Assembly (NCBI RefSeq): GCF_009914755.1
Contig: NC_060928.1
Strand: one strand, 5' to 3'
Length of the DNA stretch: 64,000 nt
From: the human T2T-CHM13v2.0 reference genome, Homo sapiens
In this document: piece by piece, positions 13,467-30,439 of the stretch
Layout of the letters: each line of letters starts with the position of its first letter
Numbering within the stretch: position 1 is the stretch's first letter
Translations under genes and position numbers: made by a program
The notes under the pieces: generated by a model
What the model saw: the letters and a program-made list of their open reading frames with translations, nothing else
What the model was told of the DNA's origin: nothing
The model's database searches: none

Positions 13467-13615
13467 TAATCTAAACATGTCATTGCCTCTTGAGTGTCAT
13501 AATATGAAAACGAAAAGTTTTTATAATCTAAACAGTTCATTGCCTCTAAAGTGTCACAATATGAAAAAAGTTTTTTTCTAAAAAAAAAGTGTTGCCCATA
13601 AAGTGTCATAAAAAC
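13467..13615 (+). repeat. ~57-bp tandem repeat, about 2.5 degenerate copies
   Basis: taatctaaaca..cattgcctct..agtgtca.aatatgaaaa at 13467 and 13524, with a partial third copy. Confidence 0.8.
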
Positions 13616-13622
13616 TATTTGT

Positions 13623-14255
13623 GGCTGGACACAGGGCTCACACCTGTAATCCCAGTGCTTTGGGAGTGGGAGGATCACTTGAGACCAGGAGTTCCAGACC
13701 AGTTTGGGCAACATTGCAAGACCCTGTCTGTACAAAAAATAAAAAATTTAGCTGGGTGTCATGGCTTGTGCCTGAATTCCTAACTACTTGGGAGGCTGAG
13801 GGAGGGGGATCACTTGAGCCCAGGAGTTCGAGGCTACAGTGAGCTATGATCATGCCACTAGACTCCAGCCTAGGCAACAGAGTGAGACTCTGCTGCAAAA
13901 CAAAACCCTGTTTGCTAGAGGGTTGTTTCTCTATATAATATCCATAGCTGGGCATGGTGGCTCATGCCTGTAATCCCAACACTTTGGAAGGCTGAGGCAG
14001 GAGAGTAGCTTGAAGCCACACATTTGAGACCAGCCTGGTCAACATCTTGAAACCCCGTCTCTACAAAAACTTAAAAAGAAATTAGCCGGGTACTGTGGCG
14101 TGCACCTGTAGTCCCAGCTACTCAGAAGGTTGAGGCAGGATCGCCTGAGCCTAGGAGCTTGAGGCTGTAGTGAGTTATGATTGCTCTACTGTACTCCAGC
14201 ACCCCAGCCTGGGTGATAGAACAAGAAAGACCCTACCTCAAAAAAAAAAAAAAAA
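13623..14255 (+). mobile_element. Two tandem AluJ elements (13623-13900, 13946-14255)
   Basis: Two plus-strand Alu dimers. Confidence 0.85.
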
Positions 14256-14419
14256 GTAAGAAAGAAAGAAAAGAAAATATCAGTAGACATTTCAACTTTT
14301 AACAGAACTTATGAGTGGAGTGGGACTTGGAAGAAAAGGGTTATAGAATAAATGAGAACATTAGATTTCCTCTGTGTTCCCAGTGAAGCCCAGCACCGCT
14401 AACTTCTTTCTATAATAGA

Positions 14420-15490
14420 CCTTATCCCTTTTTGCACAGGGGTTGGCGGGCTGACTCATGACCCAAGTTGGGCTGATCACTGTTCCTTATCCTCTTAACT
14501 TCAGTGATTGGTCCTGAATAGACATGTGACCCAAGCTGGACTAATTTTAGAACTTTCATGGAATTTTGCAGACAGGGGATAGAAATAAATAATTCTTTTT
14601 CTTCTTTGATCAGGGAGTTATCAAAGGATCAGGGAGTGATTTGGGATGTGAGTCAATCACCACAGGCCACCACATTCCTCTTTGCATCGTGTATTAGTCT
14701 GTTCTTGCACTACTGTAAAATACTTGAGACTGGTTAATTTATAAAGAAAAGACATTTAATTGGCTCACAGTTCCATAGGCTCTACAGGAAGCATGGTTGG
14801 GGAGGCCTCAGGAAACTTACAATCATGGGGGAAGGTAAAGGGGAAGCAGACATGTCTTACACGGTTGGAGCAGAAGGAAGAGAGAGAAGGGGGGAGGTGC
14901 TACATACTTTTAAACAACAAGATCTTGTGAGAACTCACTCACTATCACAAGAACAGCAAGGGGGAAGTCTGCTCCCATGATCCAATCACTCCCACCAAAC
15001 CCCTCCTCCAACATTGGAGATTCCAATTCAACATAAGATTTCGGCAGTGTCACAAATTCAAACCATATCACGTGAAGATTTTCATACTCTGCTCTGAAAA
15101 TCTCTACCACATGGAGTCCCCAACTGGGCTTGCTTTGAACGAAAGTAGGAGAGCCAGTGGCATAGAGAATAGCTGCAGTATGTTGGATTGAGATCAGATA
15201 ATAATCACCTAAAGAAATGCCACACTATTTTTGTTTCCTAGGCAACATAGGCAAAAGAAAATACATTATCTGTATTTGAGCCATTTGCATGATAATAAAA
15301 ATGTTAAGATATTGGCTCTAGTATTAATTCTCAATGTGATATGGCTCTAGTATTAAATTCATGGAGATGTCCTTTTGGAGTATGAGAGAATGAGGGCAAA
15401 GGCAAATAAAAGCAAAGAGAAACAGAGATGGTTACAGTCATTGGAGAATTGCGGAAAATGGAACAGACTAGAATTACTGAAGTCCAAATC
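14420..15490. mobile_element. Old ERVL LTR (LTR16-like) interrupted by MSTA and by the 15088-15360 insertion
   Basis: tgattggtcc...catgtgacccaagctgg on the left; gagagaatgagggcaaaggcaaataaaagcaaagag on the right. Confidence 0.45.
14690..15070 (-). mobile_element. MSTA solo LTR
   Basis: tgtattagtctgttcttgcactactgt...caaaccatatca. Confidence 0.85.
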
Positions 15491-17359
15491 ATTGCTTGGC
15501 AGTAGTGTTGAGTATGCCAATAATTTGTTGTATTGGTCATTGAAAATGTTTATCCATTACATTATTCAGTGTATCCTTTTATGGGAATATATTCCCCCCT
15601 TCTTCCTGTTTCCTTGTGGAGAGAGATCCTCACTGTCCCACTCCTGGCTTCTCTTGCTACTTCTTACTTCTCCTGTGGCAAAAGGAGTTCCTGGGTTAAT
15701 CGGTTAAGTGTGGAAGAAGGAAGAGTGCGTCCTCAGCTGACCTCCTCCCTCTTTCCTCTCTTAGGGGATCTGCCTGCCTCCAAAGAGCCTGTGTTCTGGT
15801 CTGGTTTAATGATATGCATGCTGAAGTACTTAGAGGGGGAAAAATAAGATGGATTAATGGATAGATGCATGCATAATTATAGAATAAAGCAAGAATAGCA
15901 GAATAGTAATGTAGAATTTACGTAGTGGGAAAATGGGTATTAATTGTAGAACTTTAAAAATTCACTTTATGTTTGAAAATTTTTATACTAAAAAGGTGGG
16001 AAGAAGCAGAATGCTTTATGACAGTCTAGCTTGACACAGGCATTTGATATACGCTTGGAAGCTGACAGAGATTGTATTCCTTAAAAAGAGCCTGGTGTCA
16101 GGTATTGAGTTTTGCAGATCCTATTGGTATTACATCCAGTTGGGTAAGTCTAGCTGTACAGCCTCAAAAAGTGACCAAACAGGTCAAACCAGTGATTGTC
16201 TAGGAGCAGCAATTCTTCTTCACTTGTGAAAGCTGTTGCTTTATTCACTGGCAGGAATTTTGAAGTGCTATTCTGTTTACCAGAAGGCAAAGTAATGGAA
16301 ACTGGATATTTGGGTGGTCGAGGGGAGATGGAGGTAGGTGGGGTGGGGAAAAACATGCTGTAACTTAATTGAAATAATGCTTATAAAATGCTTAGCATGT
16401 TGGCTAAGTTTTCAATAAATGTTAGCTATGATTATAATTGGCTTCTTACCTAAAAATTAAAGCACATGCGGGTGTAATATTGTAGTAGCTCGAATTGTAT
16501 CCTCCAAGAAGATATGTTCAAGTCCTAACCCCTAGTACCTGTGAATGTGACCTTATTTAGAAATCAGTTCTTTGCAGATGTGAGTTAAAGATCTCAATAT
16601 GAGAGTATCCTGAATTTTGGATGGGTCCTAAATCCAGTGACTGGTTGGTGTCCTTATAAGAGAAAGAAGAGAGAGATACACAGGGTTGGTGGCCACAGCA
16701 TGAAGATGGAGGCACAGGTTGGAGAGATGCTGTCATGCAAGGAAGGCTGGGAGCTGCTAGAAGCTGAAAGAGGTTAGGGCTCTCCCCTAGACTGTCAGAG
16801 GAGTGTGGCCCTCCTGACACCTTGATTTTGGACTTCTGGTCTCGGAAGTGTGAGAGAATAAGTCTTTGTTGTTTTAAGCCCCCAAGTTTGTGGTAATTTG
16901 TTATAGCAGCCTAAGGAAACATACAAATGTCAAACAAAGAAAAAGGATGTTTAAAGGGAATATGTGGGTTTTTTTTTTTTTAAATAATGGAATAGTATGG
17001 ATCAGATCCGGCGTGTCTAGTGGGGACATATTAGAATCACTTGGAGGAGGTTTCAAGGCTCCATCCCTCTTTTCCAGGGGTGGGGAGTAGGGGCACCAGA
17101 AATGGAGCATGTTCTGCTCTGAAAATCTCTACCACACAGAGTCCCCAACTGGGCTGGCTCTGAATGAAAGTAGGAGAACCAGTGGCATAGAGAATAACTG
17201 TAGTATATTGGACAGAGATCAGATAATAATCACCTAAAGAAATGCCACTCTATTTTTGTTTCCTAGGCAACATAGGCAAAGGAAAATACATTATCTGTAT
17301 TTGAATCATTTGCATGAGAATAAAAATGTTAAGATATTGGCTCAAGTATTAGTTCTCAA
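15088..17359 (+). repeat. Dispersed direct duplication: 15088-15334 and 17113-17359
   Basis: tctgctctgaaaatctctaccac...gtatta.ttctcaa occurs twice, ~93% identical by eye. Confidence 0.95.
16481..16925 (+). mobile_element. MLT1B/C solo LTR
   Basis: tgtagtagctcgaattgtatcctccaagaagatatgttcaagtcctaacccc...gcagcctaaggaaacataca. Confidence 0.8.
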
Positions 17360-17369
17360 GGTCTCCTGA

Positions 17370-18149
<780 letters not shown>

Positions 18150-18306
18150 TGAGTCTGAGGTGTCTCTCTGTTTCCCACCCTCATCATTCATCCATGGTCA
18201 TAGTACGGCTCAGCCATCCTCAACTATTTTATTTTTTAAATAAAAGGAAGAAAATAGTAACACAAGCAATTCCTGTCCATTGTAAGATAATTAGAAAATA
18301 CAAAGC

Positions 18307-20107
<1,801 letters not shown>

Positions 20108-21029
20108 AGATCTTTCAGTTCTGAAAGCTCAATTCACCATTTCTGAGGCCCCCTTTGGGGCACAGACCCATTCTGCTGCCCTGTGACAGTCTGGCACCCA
20201 ACTGGGAGAAATTATGAGGCTGTGAGAGATTCCATCAGCCTAGACACACCACCACTTCCCTAAGGCAGTCAGTATGTAGCACTGAGCTATTCAAACGCGG
20301 GAAGGGCAAAGGGAGAAAGAAAATACCTGTTTAAAACATTTGCTAAATAAATAAATAAATAAAATAAAATAAAACATTTGCTAATATTTCAAAGTATATA
20401 TCCTACCACATTATTGGCTAGTTGTACTAATTCTTTTGTGAAATGCTCGTTCTTGTTTTTGGCTCATGCCAACTACTTTTAATTTTCCCAAAGCATCATA
20501 TTCTCTTGTACTTCCAAAGGTCTTTTTACATACTTTTTCTCCTGATTAACTCCTGCTTTAACTCTCTGTATTATCATATTTCTGTTTCCCTCCATAATAA
20601 CATGTATCACGCTATATTGTAATTGTATATTTATTTGTTTGTGGCAGTGTGGGCAATAAAACCTGCTAAAACAGTTGTCCTTCTCATTGAAATTCTATAC
20701 TCCTTGAGGTTAAGGACTATGTCATAGACCTTTTTTTTTCTTAATTCTGAATATATTCTAAAACAGATTTAGAATAGAAATAGTTTACACTCTTGGTAAA
20801 TACGCTTAAATAAAAATGAGGATGAATAAGCAGTGTGGTTTAATGCACAGGCTGTAGAATACTCCATCGGACAGAATTGAGTAAGCTGGAGATTGTTATT
20901 TACTAGCTATTCAGCTTTGCATAATTTATTGATCTTCCTAAGCTTCAGTTTTCTCAACTATAAGATGAAGAGCCTTATAATGACTTGATAGGTAGTTGCT
21001 GTAAAGCCTATTGTCTGCCACATAGGAAA

Positions 21030-21389
21030 TGTAATAGTCTATTTTCATGCTGCTGATAAAGACATACCTGAGATTGGGTAACTTATAAAGAAAAAGAGGT
21101 TTAATGGACTCACAATTCTACATGGCTGGGAGGCATCACAATCATGGCAGAAAGCAAAAGGCACATCTTACATGGTGGCAGGCAAGAGAGAATGAGAGCC
21201 AAGCAAAAGGGGAAACCCCATATAAAACCATCAGATCTCTTGAGTCTTATTCACTACCATGAGAACAGCATGGGGGTAACCACCCCCATAATTCAATTAT
21301 CTCCCACTGGGTCTCTCCCACAACATGTCAGAACTATGGGAGCTACAATTCAAGATGAGATTGAGTGGGGACACTGCCAAACCATACCA
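21030..21389 (-). mobile_element. THE1B/C solo LTR
   Basis: tgtaatagtctattttcatgctgctgataaagacatacc...; TSD ggaaa/ggaag. Confidence 0.85.
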
Positions 21390-23692
21390 GGAAGCAAACA
21401 AGTCCAGGTGATCATTATTAATATTAGGTGGAGAATGGAAAGACCAACATGCTTACAGCTTTATACTTTACTCATCCTTAGTGGAAAGCACTGCAAATTA
21501 CTTAAATCAAGCAATTTATGCTAGAGAATTGATGCTGGAGAAGCAAACAATAGTGATTAATATTTACTTTGCTAGTCTAGGTTTTAGGTTGGTAAAAGCA
21601 CTGTATTCTGGGAGATAGCATGTGTTTGAGTTTTAGAGTTTCTGTATTACTCTTTTGGAAGTGGGCATTCCATGAATTTAAGGCAGAAATTGTGAATGCG
21701 AATGATCCAAGCAGCTACCACCAATGAATGAAGTAGTCAAATGTAAATGAGTAAAGAGTGACAGGGATTGTGGCAAATGGGACAGCCCCACCCCTTCCAG
21801 GGGCAGGAGGGGGCAGCCGCTACTGAGCTCTGGCTTTGACAATGCAGGAATGCAGAGCCAGCCACATCTTCCAAGTTTTCAAGACAAAAGATGGAATTCT
21901 AGGGTTTTGGTTTGTGTGTTTTTTTTTTCCCATGAAGTTTCCTAATTTCTAGACATTGGCAATTAATTCAAGCACTATTTTAAAACACCGTGCAGACCGA
22001 AACCCATGTCTGCAGCCTAGAGCTGAATCACGGGTCACCAGCTCGTGACCTTTGATTGAAGATATCGTTAACATTTTCAAGAAGCACATAGAAATTTTGC
22101 CAATTTTAGAGTTTAAAGGGATGACAAAACATTACACAAACTTTGTCCAATGTAATATGAACTGTTTGTAATATCCTGTGCAGTCAATTTGCATTAAACA
22201 TCAGTTAATTTTTAAAAAGAGCTCATACAGTATATTGTAATTCCTTTCATCCTTCAACTAATTCAGTATTAAAGTTCGGCTCAATCTGTTTTCAATCTTG
22301 ACCTCCCGAGGAAACAGCCCAGGGAGTTCCTAAGTAAACTCCATTCTCCTCACAGGCCTCTGCTTGGTATTTGCTGGAGAAAGCCCTGTAGCTCAACAGG
22401 CAGATGGCAGTAAGAAATTAACTTGAATTTCAGCAATGCTGGGGTTTCCATGGGAACAGAGGAAGCAGCCATACTGCCTGGCATTTGAACAGAATAGGAA
22501 ACAGGCTCCCCTGCCACACAGTCTTAGAAAAATGGCTGCATTATTCCACCACTCTCGCCTTATATATTTAGTTTTTCCCTCCTAAAATGCTTTAACTTTA
22601 GTTCATAATAGGATAATAAATAACATTTAGTTAATGCTTCAGGTGTCTGTGGGTTAGGTTAAGATGTCTGCGAGTATCAGATAAGTGTAAGCATTTCTAA
22701 TTGCTGAAATCTGAAAATTGTTAATAAGCTGTAAGGTCTCCCTCAGGTAAGCTGTATCGTTTACTAGTTAAGCCATGACATGCAGAAAGTCATTGTTTTA
22801 ATTTTTATAAATTTTAAATAACATTTTAAAATAAATTTTTTATAAATTTTTATAATTTTTATACGTTTTGTATAAAGAATAGACATTCAAAGAAATTTGA
22901 TTTTTCTGTCAATGAGGTTTTCTTTTAGGAATAAAATATATCATTAATAAGTTCGTCTGAACTTCCAGGCACCCAATGGACATGTGAGAAATCAGACTCC
23001 CTGGAAAGCACTCTGCTCTTCTGAATTAACGATTGAAGAGAGTTGGTCTCATTTGTGCCTTTTCTCATCCAGAAGTGAATTAAAGAGGAAGCTAAGGAAG
23101 CCTGAGCTTCATGTCCCATCCCTTGAATTGTCCTCTTCCAAGGCCCTGGGGAGACCCTTTGGAATGTTCACATGGCCATATATGTTTGAAAAATTTTGTA
23201 AAATGTGTAAAATATATTTTAACTGCAATTGGTTAAGACTGCTGTCTCTTTCCACTCGGACTTCCTCTCCATCACAATTCCCCTAGTGATGGGTGGTGAT
23301 GAAATGGTGGCAGGTATTTTTGTGGTCTGGGTAAGTGTATGTTGAGTTGGCAAGATATTAAGCATGGATTTAGTGGGATTTATTTACATGGGTCATGGTT
23401 TTGTGTATGGGTAGGTCATTGCTGGCTGTCCTGGTACAGGAATATCTTGTAGAAATACTTCTATTGCCTGCTATGCCTGTCACTCAGCACCGTGACACAG
23501 AAATCCTGCACCAGACACTGGATGCCCGTGTCCTAGGGTGGCTGGCACCGTGGGGTATGGACATGGAGGAGAAACAAGGTTGAAATGGAGCTCAGAGTTA
23601 AGCTGTAGAAAACTCTTCCCATCCTCAGATACATAAAATCTTCAATGGAGAATTTGGTTTTCAATGAGTCCTGGTCAAAATGGAAGTTCTTG

Positions 23693-24104
23693 TGATATAG
23701 TTTGGATCTGTGTCCCCACCCAAGTCTCATGTTGAAATGTAATCCTCAGTGTTGGAGGAGGGGCCTGGTGCGAGGTGATTGGATCATGGGGTCAGATTTC
23801 TCATGAATGGTTTAGCCTTATCTCCCTTGGTGCTGTGGGTGATTCTCGTGAGATCTGGTTATTTAAAAGTATGTGGCACCTTCCCTCTCTTGCTTGCTTC
23901 TGCTTTGGTCATGTAATGTTCCTGCTTCCCATTTGCCTTCCGCCATGACTGTCAGTTTCCTGAGGTTCTCCCAGAAGCTGAGCAGAAGCTAGCATCATGC
24001 TTCCTGTACAGCCTGCAGAACTGTGAGCCAATTAAAGCCTTTTTCTTTGTAAATTACCCAGTCTCAGGTATTTCTTTACAGCATTGTGACAGCAGACTAA
24101 CACA
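23693..24104 (+). mobile_element. MSTB-like solo LTR
   Basis: tgatatagtttggatctgtgtcccc...cagactaacaca; TSD tcttg. Confidence 0.85.
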
Positions 24105-24465
24105 TCTTGTCTATCAAGAATAGTCTTGATAATGGAGCATATATAAACACACTGCACAGTTTTATGAACATTTTGTTATAGATAATTTATCAGAATTTCT
24201 ATGATTAAATTTCTAGTTTAATTAACTTGAGGTACTGACAATGAAAAAGGTAACATAAAGCTCAATATACAACTACTACCAGAACATTGATGACAAACCA
24301 GTTAAGGACTGTTGCTTCAAAGAGCATTTAAGATTGGTCACTACTAAAGGACTGAACTATAGGAAACTCGAAAGGCCTGCAATATTGTTGCTCATATAAA
24401 AAAACCTGATAGAGGTTCCCCCAATTTGACAGCAATCTTAAAAATTACATCACATTATCAACAAC

Positions 24466-24817
24466 TGCCATGGTCTGAATGCTTGTGTCCCTTCAAAATT
24501 CATACATTGAAACCTAATCCCCAATGCAGTGGCATGAGGAGGTGAGGCCTTTGGGATGTGATTAGGTCATGAAGGTGGTGCCCTTATGAATGGAATTAGT
24601 GCCCTTATGAAAGAGGCCCGAGGGAGCTTGTTGGTCCCTTCCACTGTGTCCTCAGGTAGAAGGTGCCATCTTTGAGGAACAAGTCCTCACTAGACATTGA
24701 ATCTGCTGGCCTTGATCTTGGACTTCCCAGCCTCCAGAACTGTGTCCAATAAATTTCTGTTGTCCATATTACCCGGTCTATGGTATTTTGTTATAGCAGC
24801 CTGAATGGACTAAGACA
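24466..24817 (+). mobile_element. MLT1A-like solo LTR
   Basis: tgccatggtctgaatgcttgtgtccc...gaatggactaagaca. Confidence 0.8.
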
Positions 24818-25248
24818 AAAATGAATTGTGAAGCTAAAAGAAACTTTCTGAACCATCAGTAACAAAAATCAAGATTTTAATATGCCATGGGCCAGCAATT
24901 CTTATTATTGTTAGTGATGAAATATTCTTCTACAAAATCTTGTTGGTCCAAGTTTAAAACAATTACTACTGTTATTGTTGAGTTTTTGTAACACAATATA
25001 TGTGTAAGGCTTAGATTGGCCAATTTAAAAATGATTTATCCTTTATAAGCATTGTGTTCCACAGTTACGTTTGATAAACTCCCAGTTATATGATCAACTC
25101 CAGGCATACACTGACTCAGTTACATATACATTATTTTGAGAGTAGGTTCATAATGGTTCAGAATCATTCCAGTTTACTTCAAACACAGGTTGTGTCTCTA
25201 ATTCTGGTGATAATACATACCCCTGGATTTAAACAGTAGCTCCTTTAA

Positions 25249-25560
<312 letters not shown>

Positions 25561-25738
25561 TAAACAATAGTTTCTAAACAAACAGTGACAGCACAGTGAT
25601 TGTAAAAATGAAGAAATAGAACTTAAATTACTTCAATGTGTTATTCTCAATGCAAATCAACCCTGAACTTTGGAGAGTTTACTTTTTGGAAGCAATTTTT
25701 CATGAGCTTTCTCCCCTTAAAAAAAAAGGTATTGTAGC

Positions 25739-25769
<31 letters not shown>

Positions 25770-25980
25770 AAGAAAAAATCAATCCATTATTTTTCCTTTT
25801 TCTACTATAATGAATATTGTGGTTTTTATTATTTTATTTTAGTTAAAATGTTTCCTGGCATGAGTATGCAAATGAAGTATAATAAAAACACTTTCAGTGA
25901 AAAAGCCCCAAATTTCAATTTACATGGTAGAGACGAGTGAATAATCTCTCTCTCTTCACTCTATAGAAAATGATTATCCA

Positions 25981-26278
25981 GGCCGGGCATGGTGGCTCAC
26001 GCTTGTAATCCCAGCACTTTGGGAGGCCAAGATGGGCAGATTACGAGGTCAGGAGATCAAGACCACCCTGGCCAACATGGTGAAACCCCATCTCTACTAA
26101 AAATACAAAAATTAGCTAGGCATGGTGGTGCACACCTGTAGTCCTAGCTACTTGGAGGCTAAGGCAGGAGAATTGCTTGAACCCAGGAGGCAGAGGCTGC
26201 AGATCACACCACTGCACTCCAGCCTGGGCTACAGAGTGAGACTCCGTCTCAAAAAAAAAAAAAAAAGAAAAAGAAAAA
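25981..26278 (+). mobile_element. AluS (Sc-like) with TSD gaaaatgattatcca
   Basis: Full Alu with a 15-bp direct repeat. Confidence 0.9.
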
Positions 26279-26977
26279 GAAAATGATTATCCAAAATATA
26301 GTTATAAGAGGTAATCAAAGAGGATGCAGCCCAAAAAATATAGGAAAAAAACATTATAGAGAGGTATTAGGCAGCTAGATAACAAAAACAATTATGTGAT
26401 TCTTCTGGATTTTATAATATCTGTGGTGTCTGACAGTCTCTTAAAACTTGTAATCTGTTTGATTTCTTTTGTCCTCCTGAATAAATACTCACTTTCAAAC
26501 CTAATTTTATATTTGTAATTTGTAACAGCTTCAGGTTCAGTAAAACTTAGATCTACCCTTCCTCTCATTCCTCCTATAAAAGCAAAGCCAGTTTTGTAAA
26601 GGTACAATTACAGAGTAAAATGGACAGGTATTGAATACAGCTCACTGAATTTTTATATAACCGTGTAACCACCACCCATGAAGAAGTAAAATATTTCCAT
26701 CACCAAAGAAGAAACAAATGTAAAACCTCTAAATACACTCAGCCTGAAGAGGCAAATACATCCACAAACAAGAATAACTTGCTAAGAAAAAGCAACACTC
26801 AAGGAACATGGTGAATTCTTAGAGATAAAGTTATAGTTACCACAATTAAAAATTCAGTAGAAAGACTAGAAAATAGGTTACAGAAGCCACCCAGAACATC
26901 AAGCAGAAACTAAAAGAGGGAAAATATGAGAGAAAAGATGAGATAGAGGAAAACCAAGAGGAACAACTCCAGAGTAA

Positions 26978-28629
<1,652 letters not shown>

Positions 28630-29414
28630 TCAATTCATGGGCTTACTGCTCTGGCTTTATGTTTCCTCTTGTTTGCCTCCGGGGGATTTCTGTTCATTCC
28701 TTTTCAGCTCAGCTATGCATGCAAAGAATATAATTTATAGTTTGTGTGGCATTTATAGAGTTTTGTAAGAGGAAAATGATTCAGTATGTCATAGTCTAGG
28801 AATTAGAATTGTTATTCACATTATTTTTGAATGGCTTAAAACCTTAAAGCAATGATGAATTCAGAGTAGTTTTTAAGACTTCCCTAAAGATTTTCATACT
28901 TACTTTTTCATGTTGAGAGTCACTATGTTATGGGAACACACAAAAAGTGACTAATATTGCCTTGGTGGCTAAGGAAGTCTTCACCAAAAAGGTGACATTT
29001 AAGGCAGAACTTTGAAGATGAGAAATTTATTGAATACTTATTAACATCCAACCATAAGTCTTCAAAGTATAATATATGATGACATTTGGAGTTTGTCTTT
29101 GTCCAATGGATTTATCTCATTTTATATTCTAACATATTAATAAGAAGTAATCACTTTATATATTAATAAATATGCATATTTAATATATAATGCCACCAAA
29201 GTTATCATTACTAGCCATGATTTCTAAGTTCCAGGCAAGAAAATAAGTGCATTATAAATAAAACAGACTCAGAGAGATTCAATAATGTTTTTGTTCATAT
29301 AACAAAATGAGCGACAGGGTCGGAATCAAACTGAAGTGTGTCAGTCATGAAATGTGTCCCTCTGGGAGCTGAACTGACCAAGGGCCCCAGTTGTTGCTCT
29401 TTGAAATCCATTGT

Positions 29415-30439
<1,025 letters not shown>

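Noticed and set aside
13467-13615. Repeat-spacer-like pattern as a CRISPR-type array
   Set aside because: Degenerate head-to-tail tandem copies without unique spacers, in primate DNA with no cas genes.
22800-22860. AT-rich quasi-palindromes (also ~29155-29190)
   Set aside because: Short, imperfect and expected in low-complexity AT sequence.
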